From: Nitrospinales bacterium
Lineage (GTDB): Bacteria > Nitrospinota > Nitrospinia > Nitrospinales > VA-1
Direction of reading: 5' to 3'
Assembly (NCBI GenBank): GCA_965223795.1
Contig: CBDCXL010000002.1
Coordinates: 288,001-352,000 of the forward strand
DNA length: 64,000 nt
The notes under the pieces are model-generated. The model had not been told where the DNA came from and made no database searches. It saw only the letters and a list, made by a program, of their open reading frames with translations. Of the stretch, positions 53,407 to 64,000 are shown one piece after another; positions within the stretch are counted from its first letter, which is position 1; each line of letters begins with the position of its first letter. The translations under genes were made by a program, and so were the position numbers.

Positions 53407-53837
53407 GAGATGTGCATCCTTCTTTGTGTGAGTGCGGGGGGCCCTGTATTGCCCGCCGGCTTCGCGGACCGGCCGTGCATGAAAAGTCCATTCGGGCAAT
53501 TTGGTTACAAGCAAGACCGTCTTTCTGCAACCCTATCACAGAGCTTTCCACGGGTTCAACCGCATCGGACTTTCGCCAGCCGGAAAGCCCCGCGCCGTGC
53601 ACGAAACCGCAGCCTGTGCATGCTGAGAATCCTTTCTGACAAACCATTGACCCGAAATGCAATTGGGTTTAAGATGAATTTTGATCGGCTCCTTCCTGGG
53701 TGCGAGCCCACAGTGTGGGAGCTGGGCGGTCCTTTAGTTTTAGGGCGTTGCCCAAAGGACGGCCGCAGTATCGTTGTCATTCTGTTTGTCCAACGTTTGC
53801 AATCGCTCGTAATGATTCCGGGCGGCCCATTTTGTTT

Positions 53838-54305
53838 GTGGAACTTGAGGAAATCGTACAGAAAAACCTGACCGACGGGAAAATCCTGAACCTGGAAGCC
53901 CGCAAGATCGGCGATGAAGGGATCAAACAACTCGCCGGCATGGAACTGCTTGCCAATGTGGTGCAGCTGGAGCTGGGTGAAAATGAGATCAGCAATGAAG
54001 GCGTCGCCGCGCTGTGTCAATCTCCTCACATCGGCAAGCTGAGAATTCTGAATCTCAAATCCAACCAGATCACAGCGGAAGGCGCGCGGACGCTGGCGCA
54101 ATGCGAAAACCTTTCGCAGCTGGATCAACTGGTCCTCAAGTTCAACCGCATCGGCGAAGAAGGCGCGAAATTCCTGTCCGAATCGAAGATGCTCGGCGGT
54201 TTGACCACGCTGGATCTGTTCCGCAACCGCATCGGCGAAGAAGGGGCGCGGGCCATCAAAACCTCCAAAAATTTTCAGAACCTCAGCCGGGTCCGGCTGG
54301 ACTGA
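53838..54305 (+). CDS. Leucine-rich repeat protein (RNI/GALA-like)
   Basis: Five 28-aa repeats L.L..N.I..EG...L; GTG start at 53838 is assumed. Confidence 0.85.
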   Translation: MELEEIVQKNLTDGKILNLEARKIGDEGIKQLAGMELLANVVQLELGENEISNEGVAALCQSPHIGKLRILNLKSNQITAEGARTLAQCENLSQLDQLVLKFNRIGEEGAKFLSESKMLGGLTTLDLFRNRIGEEGARAIKTSKNFQNLSRVRLD

Positions 54306-54357
54306 CCGTTTGGCATCACCCCGGTCGCAACCGATGGCGGCATCCCGCAACCCCTGC

Positions 54358-54771
54358 ATGGACCTGAACAAAACATTTCCCCGCAGCCCGACGGAAACCC
54401 TGGCAGGTTTGGTTCACCTGCCGCGCATGCTCGACAAGGCGCGCGCAAAGAGGAACGACACGCTTGGAGAATACATCTACCCCTGCCCTCTCGATGAAAT
54501 CGTGCTTGAATTCCTCGGGATCGACGGCGGCGATCTGCTGGAGCGGGCCGCATCGCAGCCGGACGAAGCCATCTCCCGCTGGGTGACCGGGATCTGCGAA
54601 GGGCGCTCCGCCGAAGACGTGGCGGCGCTCAACCACAGCATCCTGGAACGAAAACCCGACAACGATGAAAAGCGTAAAAAATTCATCGAAGCGCGGGAAA
54701 AAGCCGCGCCGGACCGGGAGGACATCACGACCTGGGTCGGCCTCATCGACCTTGAGGAGGGGCGGCTCTGA
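54358..54771 (+). CDS. DUF5069-domain protein
   Basis: DL.K.FPRSP...LAG.VHLPRMLDKARA....LGEYIYPCPLD...LEFLGI; C-terminal ID.EEGR. Confidence 0.85.
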   Translation: MDLNKTFPRSPTETLAGLVHLPRMLDKARAKRNDTLGEYIYPCPLDEIVLEFLGIDGGDLLERAASQPDEAISRWVTGICEGRSAEDVAALNHSILERKPDNDEKRKKFIEAREKAAPDREDITTWVGLIDLEEGRL

Positions 54772-54853
54772 GCTTTCCTCTGAAGCGCTGCGTTTCGGCT
54801 CCGCCGCGGCGCCGGTTGCGCTTCTCTTTATCAAACCCGATTGACGGCACTCC

Positions 54854-57250
54854 ATGAAAGACGATCCAACAGAACAGATTCGCGACACGTCGAAAAAGAA
54901 GGGCAAAAAAAAGGTCCTGAAGGTCATCCTGCTGTCGGGATTTTTCCTTTTCCTGCTGGCCATGATCGTGGGCTTTTCCGGCGCGGCGGTGCTCTACTTC
55001 ATGTATTCGAAGGACCTCCCGGACGTGCGCCAGCTCAAGGATTACCAGCCGAGCACCATCACCCGCCTGTATTCCGATTACGACGAACTGATCGCGGAGT
55101 TCTATATCGAAAAGCGCATCCTGACGCCGCTCGAGGACATCCCGCTGGCGCTGAAACAGGCGACGCTCGCCGTGGAGGATTCGAATTTTTACTACCACTT
55201 CGGCATCGACCCGAAGGCGATCGTCCGCGCTTTCATCACCAACCTCAAAGCGGGCTCGGTGGTGGAGGGCGGCAGCACGATCACCCAGCAGCTGGCGAAA
55301 ACGCTGTTCCTCTCCAGAGAGAGGAAGCTCACGCGCAAGATCAAGGAAGCCATTCTGTCGATCCGCATGGAATTGATCTTCTCCAAGGATGAAATCCTGG
55401 AGATGTATCTCAACCAGATCTATTACGGCCACGGCTCCTACGGGGTCGAAGGCGCTTCCAAAACCTATTTCGGCAAGCACGTGCAGGATCTTTCGATCGA
55501 CGAATGCGCCATGCTCGCCAGCCTGCCGAAGGCGCCCAACAACTACTCGCCCTACAAGTATCCCAAGCGCGCCAAGAAACGGCGCAACCACGCCATCCGG
55601 CGCATGCATCACTTAGGATTCATCAGCGACGCGCAGGCTGAAGAAGCGCTGGCGGCCGAATTCGAACTGGGCGAGGTCACCGACATGCTCAACAAGGCGC
55701 CCTATTTCGTCGAGTACATCCGCCAGTTCCTGCAGGACACGTACGGCTCCACCAAGCTGTACCGCGGCGGGCTGAAGGTGTACACCACGCTCAACATGGA
55801 TTCGCAGGAGGTGGCGCAAAAAGCGGTGCGGGAAAACCTGCTGGTGACGGACAAGCGTTACGGCTACCGCGGACCGATCGGCACGATCCAGGTGAAGGAC
55901 AACCTGCTGACGGCGCGCGACACGCTTCTGGAGCTGAACGATTTCACCACGGAGGAACAGCAGCCCCAGGTGGGCGACCTGCTCAAAGGTGCGGTGCTGG
56001 AGGTGACGGACGACGACGCGCTCGTCCTGCTGGGCCGGGACGAGGGCGTGATCGAGCTCAAAGACATGGACTGGGCGCGGCGGCCCAACATCCAGGTGGA
56101 CGGGCAGTGGGCGAAGATCGCGCGGGCGCGCGACGCGCTGTCTCCGGGCGATCTGATCCTGGTGCGGGTCAAGGGCACGCGCGAGGAGGACATGCGCTGG
56201 TCGCTGGCTCTGGAACAGGAGCCGGAGGTGGAAGCCGGTCTGATCAGTCTGGAAGCGGGCACCGGGCACATCAAGGCGATGGTGGGCGGCTACGATTTCA
56301 CCAAGAGCCAGTTCAACCGCGCGGTGCAGGCGATCCGCCAGCCGGGCTCGGCGTTCAAGCCCATCATCTACGCGGCGGCCATCGAGCAGGGATTCAACCC
56401 GGCGAGCATCATCATCGACTCGCCCATCATCTTCAAGGAGAAGGAAGACGCGTTCGACAAATGGAAGCCGGTCAACTTCGAGGAAAAATTCTACGGCCCC
56501 ACGCCGCTGCGCACGGCGCTGACCCATTCGCGCAACGTCGTCACGGTGAAGCTGCTGCAGAACATCGGCGTCGAGCGCGCCATCCAGATGGCGCGCAATC
56601 TCGGGATCTCCAGCAGGATGTCGAAAAACCTGTCGATCGCGCTGGGGTCTTCGGGCGTGACGCTGTTCGAGCTGACCTCGGCCTATTCCACGTTCGCCAA
56701 CATGGGTCAGAGGATCAATCCGATCGCGGTGCGCCTGATCGAAAACCGCGAAGGCGAAGTGCTCTACACCGCGCAGCCGAACATCACGCAGCCGATCTCA
56801 AGCGGCGTCGCCTACACGATCACCAGCCTGCTGCAAAGCGTGGTCGAGAGCGGCACCGGCAAAAAGGTGAAGGTGCTCAACCGGCCGGTGGCGGCGAAGA
56901 CGGGAACGACGAACAATTACGTCGACGCCTGGTTCATCGGCTACACGCCGGAAGTGGTGACCGGGGTCTGGGTGGGAAAAGACGAGGACGAACCGCTGGG
57001 CGTCAACGAAACCGGCTCGCGCGCGGCGATCCCCATCTGGCTCGATTACATGCAGAAAACGCTTGAGGGCGTGCCGGTGCGCAACTTCCCGGTGTCGGAC
57101 GAGATCGTGTTCATGAAGATCAATCCGGAATCCGGCAAGGGCGCGCATTTTGAAGAGGCCGGGGCGAAGTTCGAAATCTTCATCGACAACAAGATTCCGG
57201 AAGAGGAGAAGTCGGACATCCTCCTGGTCGAAGACGGAAACACGTTTTAG
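54854..57250 (+). CDS. mrcA: Penicillin-binding protein 1A (class A, with OB-fold insertion)
   Basis: TM anchor; EDSNFYYHFGID, GGSTITQQLAK, RKIKE (transglycosylase); SAFK, SRN, KTGT (transpeptidase). Confidence 0.96.
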   Translation: MKDDPTEQIRDTSKKKGKKKVLKVILLSGFFLFLLAMIVGFSGAAVLYFMYSKDLPDVRQLKDYQPSTITRLYSDYDELIAEFYIEKRILTPLEDIPLALKQATLAVEDSNFYYHFGIDPKAIVRAFITNLKAGSVVEGGSTITQQLAKTLFLSRERKLTRKIKEAILSIRMELIFSKDEILEMYLNQIYYGHGSYGVEGASKTYFGKHVQDLSIDECAMLASLPKAPNNYSPYKYPKRAKKRRNHAIRRMHHLGFISDAQAEEALAAEFELGEVTDMLNKAPYFVEYIRQFLQDTYGSTKLYRGGLKVYTTLNMDSQEVAQKAVRENLLVTDKRYGYRGPIGTIQVKDNLLTARDTLLELNDFTTEEQQPQVGDLLKGAVLEVTDDDALVLLGRDEGVIELKDMDWARRPNIQVDGQWAKIARARDALSPGDLILVRVKGTREEDMRWSLALEQEPEVEAGLISLEAGTGHIKAMVGGYDFTKSQFNRAVQAIRQPGSAFKPIIYAAAIEQGFNPASIIIDSPIIFKEKEDAFDKWKPVNFEEKFYGPTPLRTALTHSRNVVTVKLLQNIGVERAIQMARNLGISSRMSKNLSIALGSSGVTLFELTSAYSTFANMGQRINPIAVRLIENREGEVLYTAQPNITQPISSGVAYTITSLLQSVVESGTGKKVKVLNRPVAAKTGTTNNYVDAWFIGYTPEVVTGVWVGKDEDEPLGVNETGSRAAIPIWLDYMQKTLEGVPVRNFPVSDEIVFMKINPESGKGAHFEEAGAKFEIFIDNKIPEEEKSDILLVEDGNTF

Positions 57251-57256
57251 GCGGGG

Positions 57257-59269
57257 TCAATCGACTTGCGTGATCCTGCGGTTCTGCACCTGCAGGGTGA
57301 ACAGCTCTTTTTCCGAATCGCCGGAGCTTGAGATGCTGGTCTGTCCGGAGACGCCGGGATAGTCCCGGATCGATTGCAGCCGCTCGGCGATCTCAAGCCG
57401 GTTCTGCGCTCCATTCTGGATCATCTCGATGAGCATCTGCGCGCCGTCGTAGGCCTGCGCGGAATAGAGCCCCGGCGCGCCGCCGAAATTGGATTTGAAG
57501 TCGGTCACGAATTTCTGCACCTTGGGCTTGACCGAATCGGCGTAAAACCCGTCCACGAAAAATCCCGTCTTGAGGTAATTGCCGGCGATCTCCAAAAGCT
57601 TCGGCGAATTCCAGCCGCTGGCACCCAGCAGCACGATGTCCTCGATGTTGTAAAACACCAGCTGCGGGATGATGAGCCCGACCTTGTCGTAAAACCCCGG
57701 CATGAAGATCGCGTCGTAACTCAAGTCCAGCGTCGCCTGCAGATCCTCGATATCCTCATCGGTGAACAGGCCCATTTCCACCACGGGCTGGGACAGGCCG
57801 TCCTTCCTCTGGAAACGTTCCATCCCTTCCTCGCTTTGCAGCTGCTCGCGCGTCATCTTCAACAGTTGATCGTCGGACACGCCGCCCAGTTCGAGAATCT
57901 GCGGCTTGAAGTCGGTCTGGCTGCGTTCGTAGGGCACGCTGGCCACGATCTCGCCGCCCAGGGAGCGGATCTCGGATTCGAAATGCTCCTTGAGCTCGAT
58001 GCCGAACGCTTCCTGCGGATAGAGTACGGCGAAGCGCCGCAGGTTCAGTTTGTTGAAACTGTAATCGGCGATGTGCCGCGCCTGGATGTCCCGCGTCAGG
58101 GCGTTGCGGAAAATATAGGGACTCAACTGCGGCAGGCCCTCGGCGGACGCGGTGGGCGTGATCGCGGGAAGCCGGTAGGCATCCACGACCGGCACGACGT
58201 CCTTCACTTCGCCGCTCTGCACGGGCCCGACCACGGCGACCACGTTGGGATCGGCGGCCAGCTCTTCGACGATCTGCTCAACCGGCTGGCCGGAGGCGGA
58301 ATCTTTCACGATGAGTTCCAGCTTGTTCTGGTTTTTGAGACCGGACTGGTTGATGGCGAGCTGAATGCCCTGGAGCACCTGCTGGCCGGTGACGGCGAGC
58401 TTGCCGGAAAGCGGCACCACCGCGCCGATCCTGAGCTTAAGGTCGGGATTGTCCGCCACCTGCTTCCAGTAAAGCTCAAAACGGGGCCGTTCCGGGTGCG
58501 CCGGATACAACTGCGCCAGTTCCTTGAGGGCGGCCTGGTATTTGTAGACATCCCGCTGGCCGCGGTAGATCGACAGCAGTTTTTTGAGCAGCAGGTCGCC
58601 GGGAAACTGCGCGCCGTAGGTGTCTTTCAACAGGTGCACTTCCGCTTCGGACAGTTTTTCATCGATGATCTTTTCGATCAGCTGGCGCGCCGTGGTGCGG
58701 ATGGCTTCCGCCTCGTTCTGGTTGTAGACGTTGTTGAGCTTGGCGATGGCGCCGGTGTAGTCGAATTTTTCCTCGTCCACCCGCGCGAGCTGGTAGAGCG
58801 CCTTCCAGCGCACGGCGCGGTTGGGATGGGTCTTGAGCACCATGCGGAACTGCTGGTCGGCGTCGGCGTACTGGGCCAGCTCGAAATAGCAGAGCCCCAT
58901 GTTCATGCTGGCGTCGGGTGCGAGGTCCGTTCCGGGAAACCGCTCCAGCAGCATCTGGTAAAAACGCAGCGCGGTGGCGTAGGACTCGGCTTTCTGGTCG
59001 ATCTGCCCGAGCCGGTAGAGGGAGCGCGCCGCCCATTTGTTGCGCGGCTGCTGACTGACGAAATCGTGGTACAACGATTTCGCTTCATTGAACCGGCCGG
59101 CGTGAAAATGAAACTCCGCCTCGCGGAACAGGCTCGTCTCCGTCAGGGGCAGCGACTCCTGCGCCCAGGCGGAAGCTGCGGCGCACAGCCATACTATAAG
59201 GATCAGAAGGATCCCCCGGCGGACGGCGCAGGCAAACGTCCGGCGCTTGTTGGGTCGTGCAATAGGCAT
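57257..59269 (-). CDS. TPR + periplasmic-binding-fold protein, LpoA/LppC-like PBP activator
   Basis: Signal ending AWA; YbgF/BamD-like TPRs; RIGAVVPLSG, VVGPV, LLGASGWNS and AQAYDG. Alternative GTG start at 59323 overlaps the upstream stop. Confidence 0.8.
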   Translation of the reverse strand: MPIARPNKRRTFACAVRRGILLILIVWLCAAASAWAQESLPLTETSLFREAEFHFHAGRFNEAKSLYHDFVSQQPRNKWAARSLYRLGQIDQKAESYATALRFYQMLLERFPGTDLAPDASMNMGLCYFELAQYADADQQFRMVLKTHPNRAVRWKALYQLARVDEEKFDYTGAIAKLNNVYNQNEAEAIRTTARQLIEKIIDEKLSEAEVHLLKDTYGAQFPGDLLLKKLLSIYRGQRDVYKYQAALKELAQLYPAHPERPRFELYWKQVADNPDLKLRIGAVVPLSGKLAVTGQQVLQGIQLAINQSGLKNQNKLELIVKDSASGQPVEQIVEELAADPNVVAVVGPVQSGEVKDVVPVVDAYRLPAITPTASAEGLPQLSPYIFRNALTRDIQARHIADYSFNKLNLRRFAVLYPQEAFGIELKEHFESEIRSLGGEIVASVPYERSQTDFKPQILELGGVSDDQLLKMTREQLQSEEGMERFQRKDGLSQPVVEMGLFTDEDIEDLQATLDLSYDAIFMPGFYDKVGLIIPQLVFYNIEDIVLLGASGWNSPKLLEIAGNYLKTGFFVDGFYADSVKPKVQKFVTDFKSNFGGAPGLYSAQAYDGAQMLIEMIQNGAQNRLEIAERLQSIRDYPGVSGQTSISSSGDSEKELFTLQVQNRRITQVD

Positions 59270-59319
59270 GGCGCACCTGTGGGAAGTGAGGCGTGAACCC
59301 TCGATCTCCTGGAACCCGG

Positions 59320-60714
<1,395 letters not shown>

Positions 60715-61139
60715 GGTATTTTTTTCAGGGTTTCCGGCACATGGTGGTTGGGAAGGCAGCCTGCCGCATTTCCGCGGGGACGCGTGAAATAAATCAACAG
60801 ACCGACAAAAACTGGCTGGGACGCCCAAAAACGTCACACACACTATATATCAAATTCGTTCAAAAACATAGGGAGATTTTTCGGTGGAGGGAACCACGGG
60901 CCTTCCTTTCGCAGGCCGCCGGTGCTTGCAACGCTGCACCGCGAAACCGCTGTTCTGATATTTTCCACATTTCGGGCTTATCGAATTGGCGTTCACCGGG
61001 CAATAATATAAAATCAGGAAATCCGATTGCGAGTGCTTAAACCGGTGCACCTCGACCCATGACGGGCAAATCCAAATCCGTTCTTTCCCATCAGGAAAAT
61101 CTGGGAAAGCAAAATTCAAACGAGCCGTAGAAATTCGCT

Positions 61140-61883
61140 ATGAATGAAGAAACGCCCAAAGAAAATAACGACGCTCCCCTCGCGGAAGTGGAAATCACAA
61201 AATTCGCCGAGGACTGGTTTAAAGCAAACCTGACACAAGGCCAGGCGGACGCGTGGTTCGAAGAGCTGAGCCATGATTTCACAGCCGAGGCGCAGTGGCT
61301 GAAAGACGGCGAATTCCTGGAATCCATCAAACTGGAAGCGCACGACCAACTGGCTGAAGTCTATGAAGACGCGCCCAGCGCACTGGAGCAGCAGATCGTT
61401 CTGCGCAAGATCGCCATCGACTATCTGCTGAGCTTGATCTGCCTGCAGGAATACATCAACCTGAAATCCAAATCCGACCGGGACGTGGTCTTTGCCTACG
61501 TGAACGAAGGCGCGGAGGCGGAATGGGAGTACGACAACCGGGAGGATTTTGAAAACGAACTCTGGATGGATGTGATCCGCTACAAGATCATCTACTACCT
61601 GGTGGTCGATCTGCTGCGGGAATTCTTTTTCGACGCCCAGGAAAATTACTTTCCCTCGCGGCTGGCCTTCATCTACCGGGACTATTTACAAACACAGATC
61701 GACCTGTTGCTGACGAAGCCGGATTCCAAAAATCAGGAAAGCATCAAGTCGATGGAGGATTTCAAGTACTACCTGGAAGACCTGCTGGAAGCGGAAAAGA
61801 AACTCATCGAGTCCGGCTGGGACCTCACCACGCGGGAACTGTTTTACAAAGGGTACAGCGAAAAACTGGTGTATTCGAATTAG
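61140..61883 (+). CDS. Hypothetical acidic helical protein
   Basis: 247-aa ORF with coding-like codon usage; no recognised motif. Confidence 0.75.
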   Translation: MNEETPKENNDAPLAEVEITKFAEDWFKANLTQGQADAWFEELSHDFTAEAQWLKDGEFLESIKLEAHDQLAEVYEDAPSALEQQIVLRKIAIDYLLSLICLQEYINLKSKSDRDVVFAYVNEGAEAEWEYDNREDFENELWMDVIRYKIIYYLVVDLLREFFFDAQENYFPSRLAFIYRDYLQTQIDLLLTKPDSKNQESIKSMEDFKYYLEDLLEAEKKLIESGWDLTTRELFYKGYSEKLVYSN

Positions 61884-61894
61884 GAAGCTTTGGT

Positions 61895-62581
61895 ATGACC
61901 ATCCATGACTCTTTTGACCGGCAAGGTTTTCAAATCATTCCATCTATTCTGAAAGCTTCAGAGATCGAAACCTTAAAGGAATCGATGACAACCCTTTCAA
62001 CCAGGAATGCAGGTTCGAGAATCCGCTTTAGAGAACATGCGTTTCTAGCCAAGCTGGTTCGCTCGCCCAGAGTGCGTTCTCTCATCGAACCGACGCTGGG
62101 AAGAAAAGCGATAGCTGTCCGCGCACTTGTTTTCGACAAACGTCCCAAAGCCAATTGGGGAGTTCGTTGGCACCAGGACAAAACGATCGCGGTAAAAATC
62201 AAAACTAAAGCTCCCGGTTATTATGGATGGTCTTTAAAGCAAGGCGTATCCCATGTTCATCCTCCATCCAAGATCATGGAGGAAATGCTGGCGTTGCGCC
62301 TGCATCTCGATGAAGCAGGACCAGCCAACGGCGGCTTGCAAGTGTGTCCGGGTTCTCACACATTGGGTTGTTTGCCGGAAGCGGAGGTACACAATGTGGT
62401 GAATTCAGTAGGATCCACAGCTACGAAAGCGCATTGCGGGGACGCCATCCTCATGCGGCCCTTGCTCATTCATTCTTCCACACGATCCCAAGTAGGACGA
62501 CGGAGGGTCATTCATATCGAATTCGCTTCCGCTCCCCTCCCCCAACCACTGGAATGGAACGATCCCATTTCTCTGCATTAA
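61895..62581 (+). CDS. Phytanoyl-CoA dioxygenase (PhyH) family Fe(II)/2-oxoglutarate oxygenase
   Basis: FDKRPKANW.V.WHQD, LRLHLD...NGGLQVCPGSH, PLLIHSS and RRVIHIEF. Confidence 0.88.
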   Translation: MTIHDSFDRQGFQIIPSILKASEIETLKESMTTLSTRNAGSRIRFREHAFLAKLVRSPRVRSLIEPTLGRKAIAVRALVFDKRPKANWGVRWHQDKTIAVKIKTKAPGYYGWSLKQGVSHVHPPSKIMEEMLALRLHLDEAGPANGGLQVCPGSHTLGCLPEAEVHNVVNSVGSTATKAHCGDAILMRPLLIHSSTRSQVGRRRVIHIEFASAPLPQPLEWNDPISLH

Positions 62582-62594
62582 GTTTTTACAGATA

Positions 62595-63803
<1,209 letters not shown>

Positions 63804-63825
63804 GATGCGTGTTCTGTTCTCTTAG

Positions 63826-63898
63826 TGTCGCCCTGAGCCTGTCGAAGGGTGACAGAAATCTTTGTCCCGGCGCATGCTTCGACAAGCTCAGCATGACA
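63826..63898. repeat. REP-like palindromic repeat, copy 4 (upstream of argG)
   Basis: TGTCGCCCTGAGCCTGTCGAAGGGTG...CATGCTTCGACAAGCTCAGCATGACA. Confidence 0.85.
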
Positions 63899-64000
63899 TA
63901 CAAGGGAACCGTTGATTCGCTCCCCTGCCCCGCTCTTTCAGCTCAAGGGGGGTATCATACCCGTAACGGGAAACGGGTTCAACGGAGGAATTTGCCGCCC

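Overview
A GC-rich (roughly 60% by eye) bacterial chromosomal segment. Gene content and style suggest a Nitrospina/Nitrospinota-like organism; this is inference and was not checked against a database. The left 12 kb is a minus-strand type VI secretion system (T6SS) tail/baseplate operon (tssA-B-C, hcp, tssE-F-G, clpV, vgrG) that runs off the window edge. Upstream and co-oriented lie a lipoprotein and a sigma54-driven, atypical chaperone-usher-like pilus operon (one-domain chaperone, usher, two DUF4402-like pilins). Next comes a convergent pair of exported proteins: FlgO-like/DUF4384, and caspase + helical repeats + two FGE-sulfatase domains. The middle holds an OM beta-barrel, sigma54-driven small Cys-rich ORFs, a signalling cluster ending in an unusual REC-TM-DUF1566 protein, amt, a large TPR protein, a HerA-like ATPase and an M48 peptidase. 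It also holds a sigma54 enhancer-binding protein with a divergent exported-barrel/DoxX/Tat-intradiol-dioxygenase/VOC operon whose -24/-12 promoter and enhancer palindromes are visible. The right part has a nuoE-nuoG-nuoD unit lacking nuoF, tatA, an orphan Rap1a/Tai-type T6SS immunity gene, LRR and DUF5069 genes, PBP1A facing an LpoA-like protein, a PilR-like regulator, a PhyH dioxygenase and argG. Four copies of a REP-like palindromic repeat and four good sigma54 promoters are present. No rRNA, tRNA, CRISPR array, transposase, integrase or reverse transcriptase was seen. All domain calls come from motif recognition by eye.
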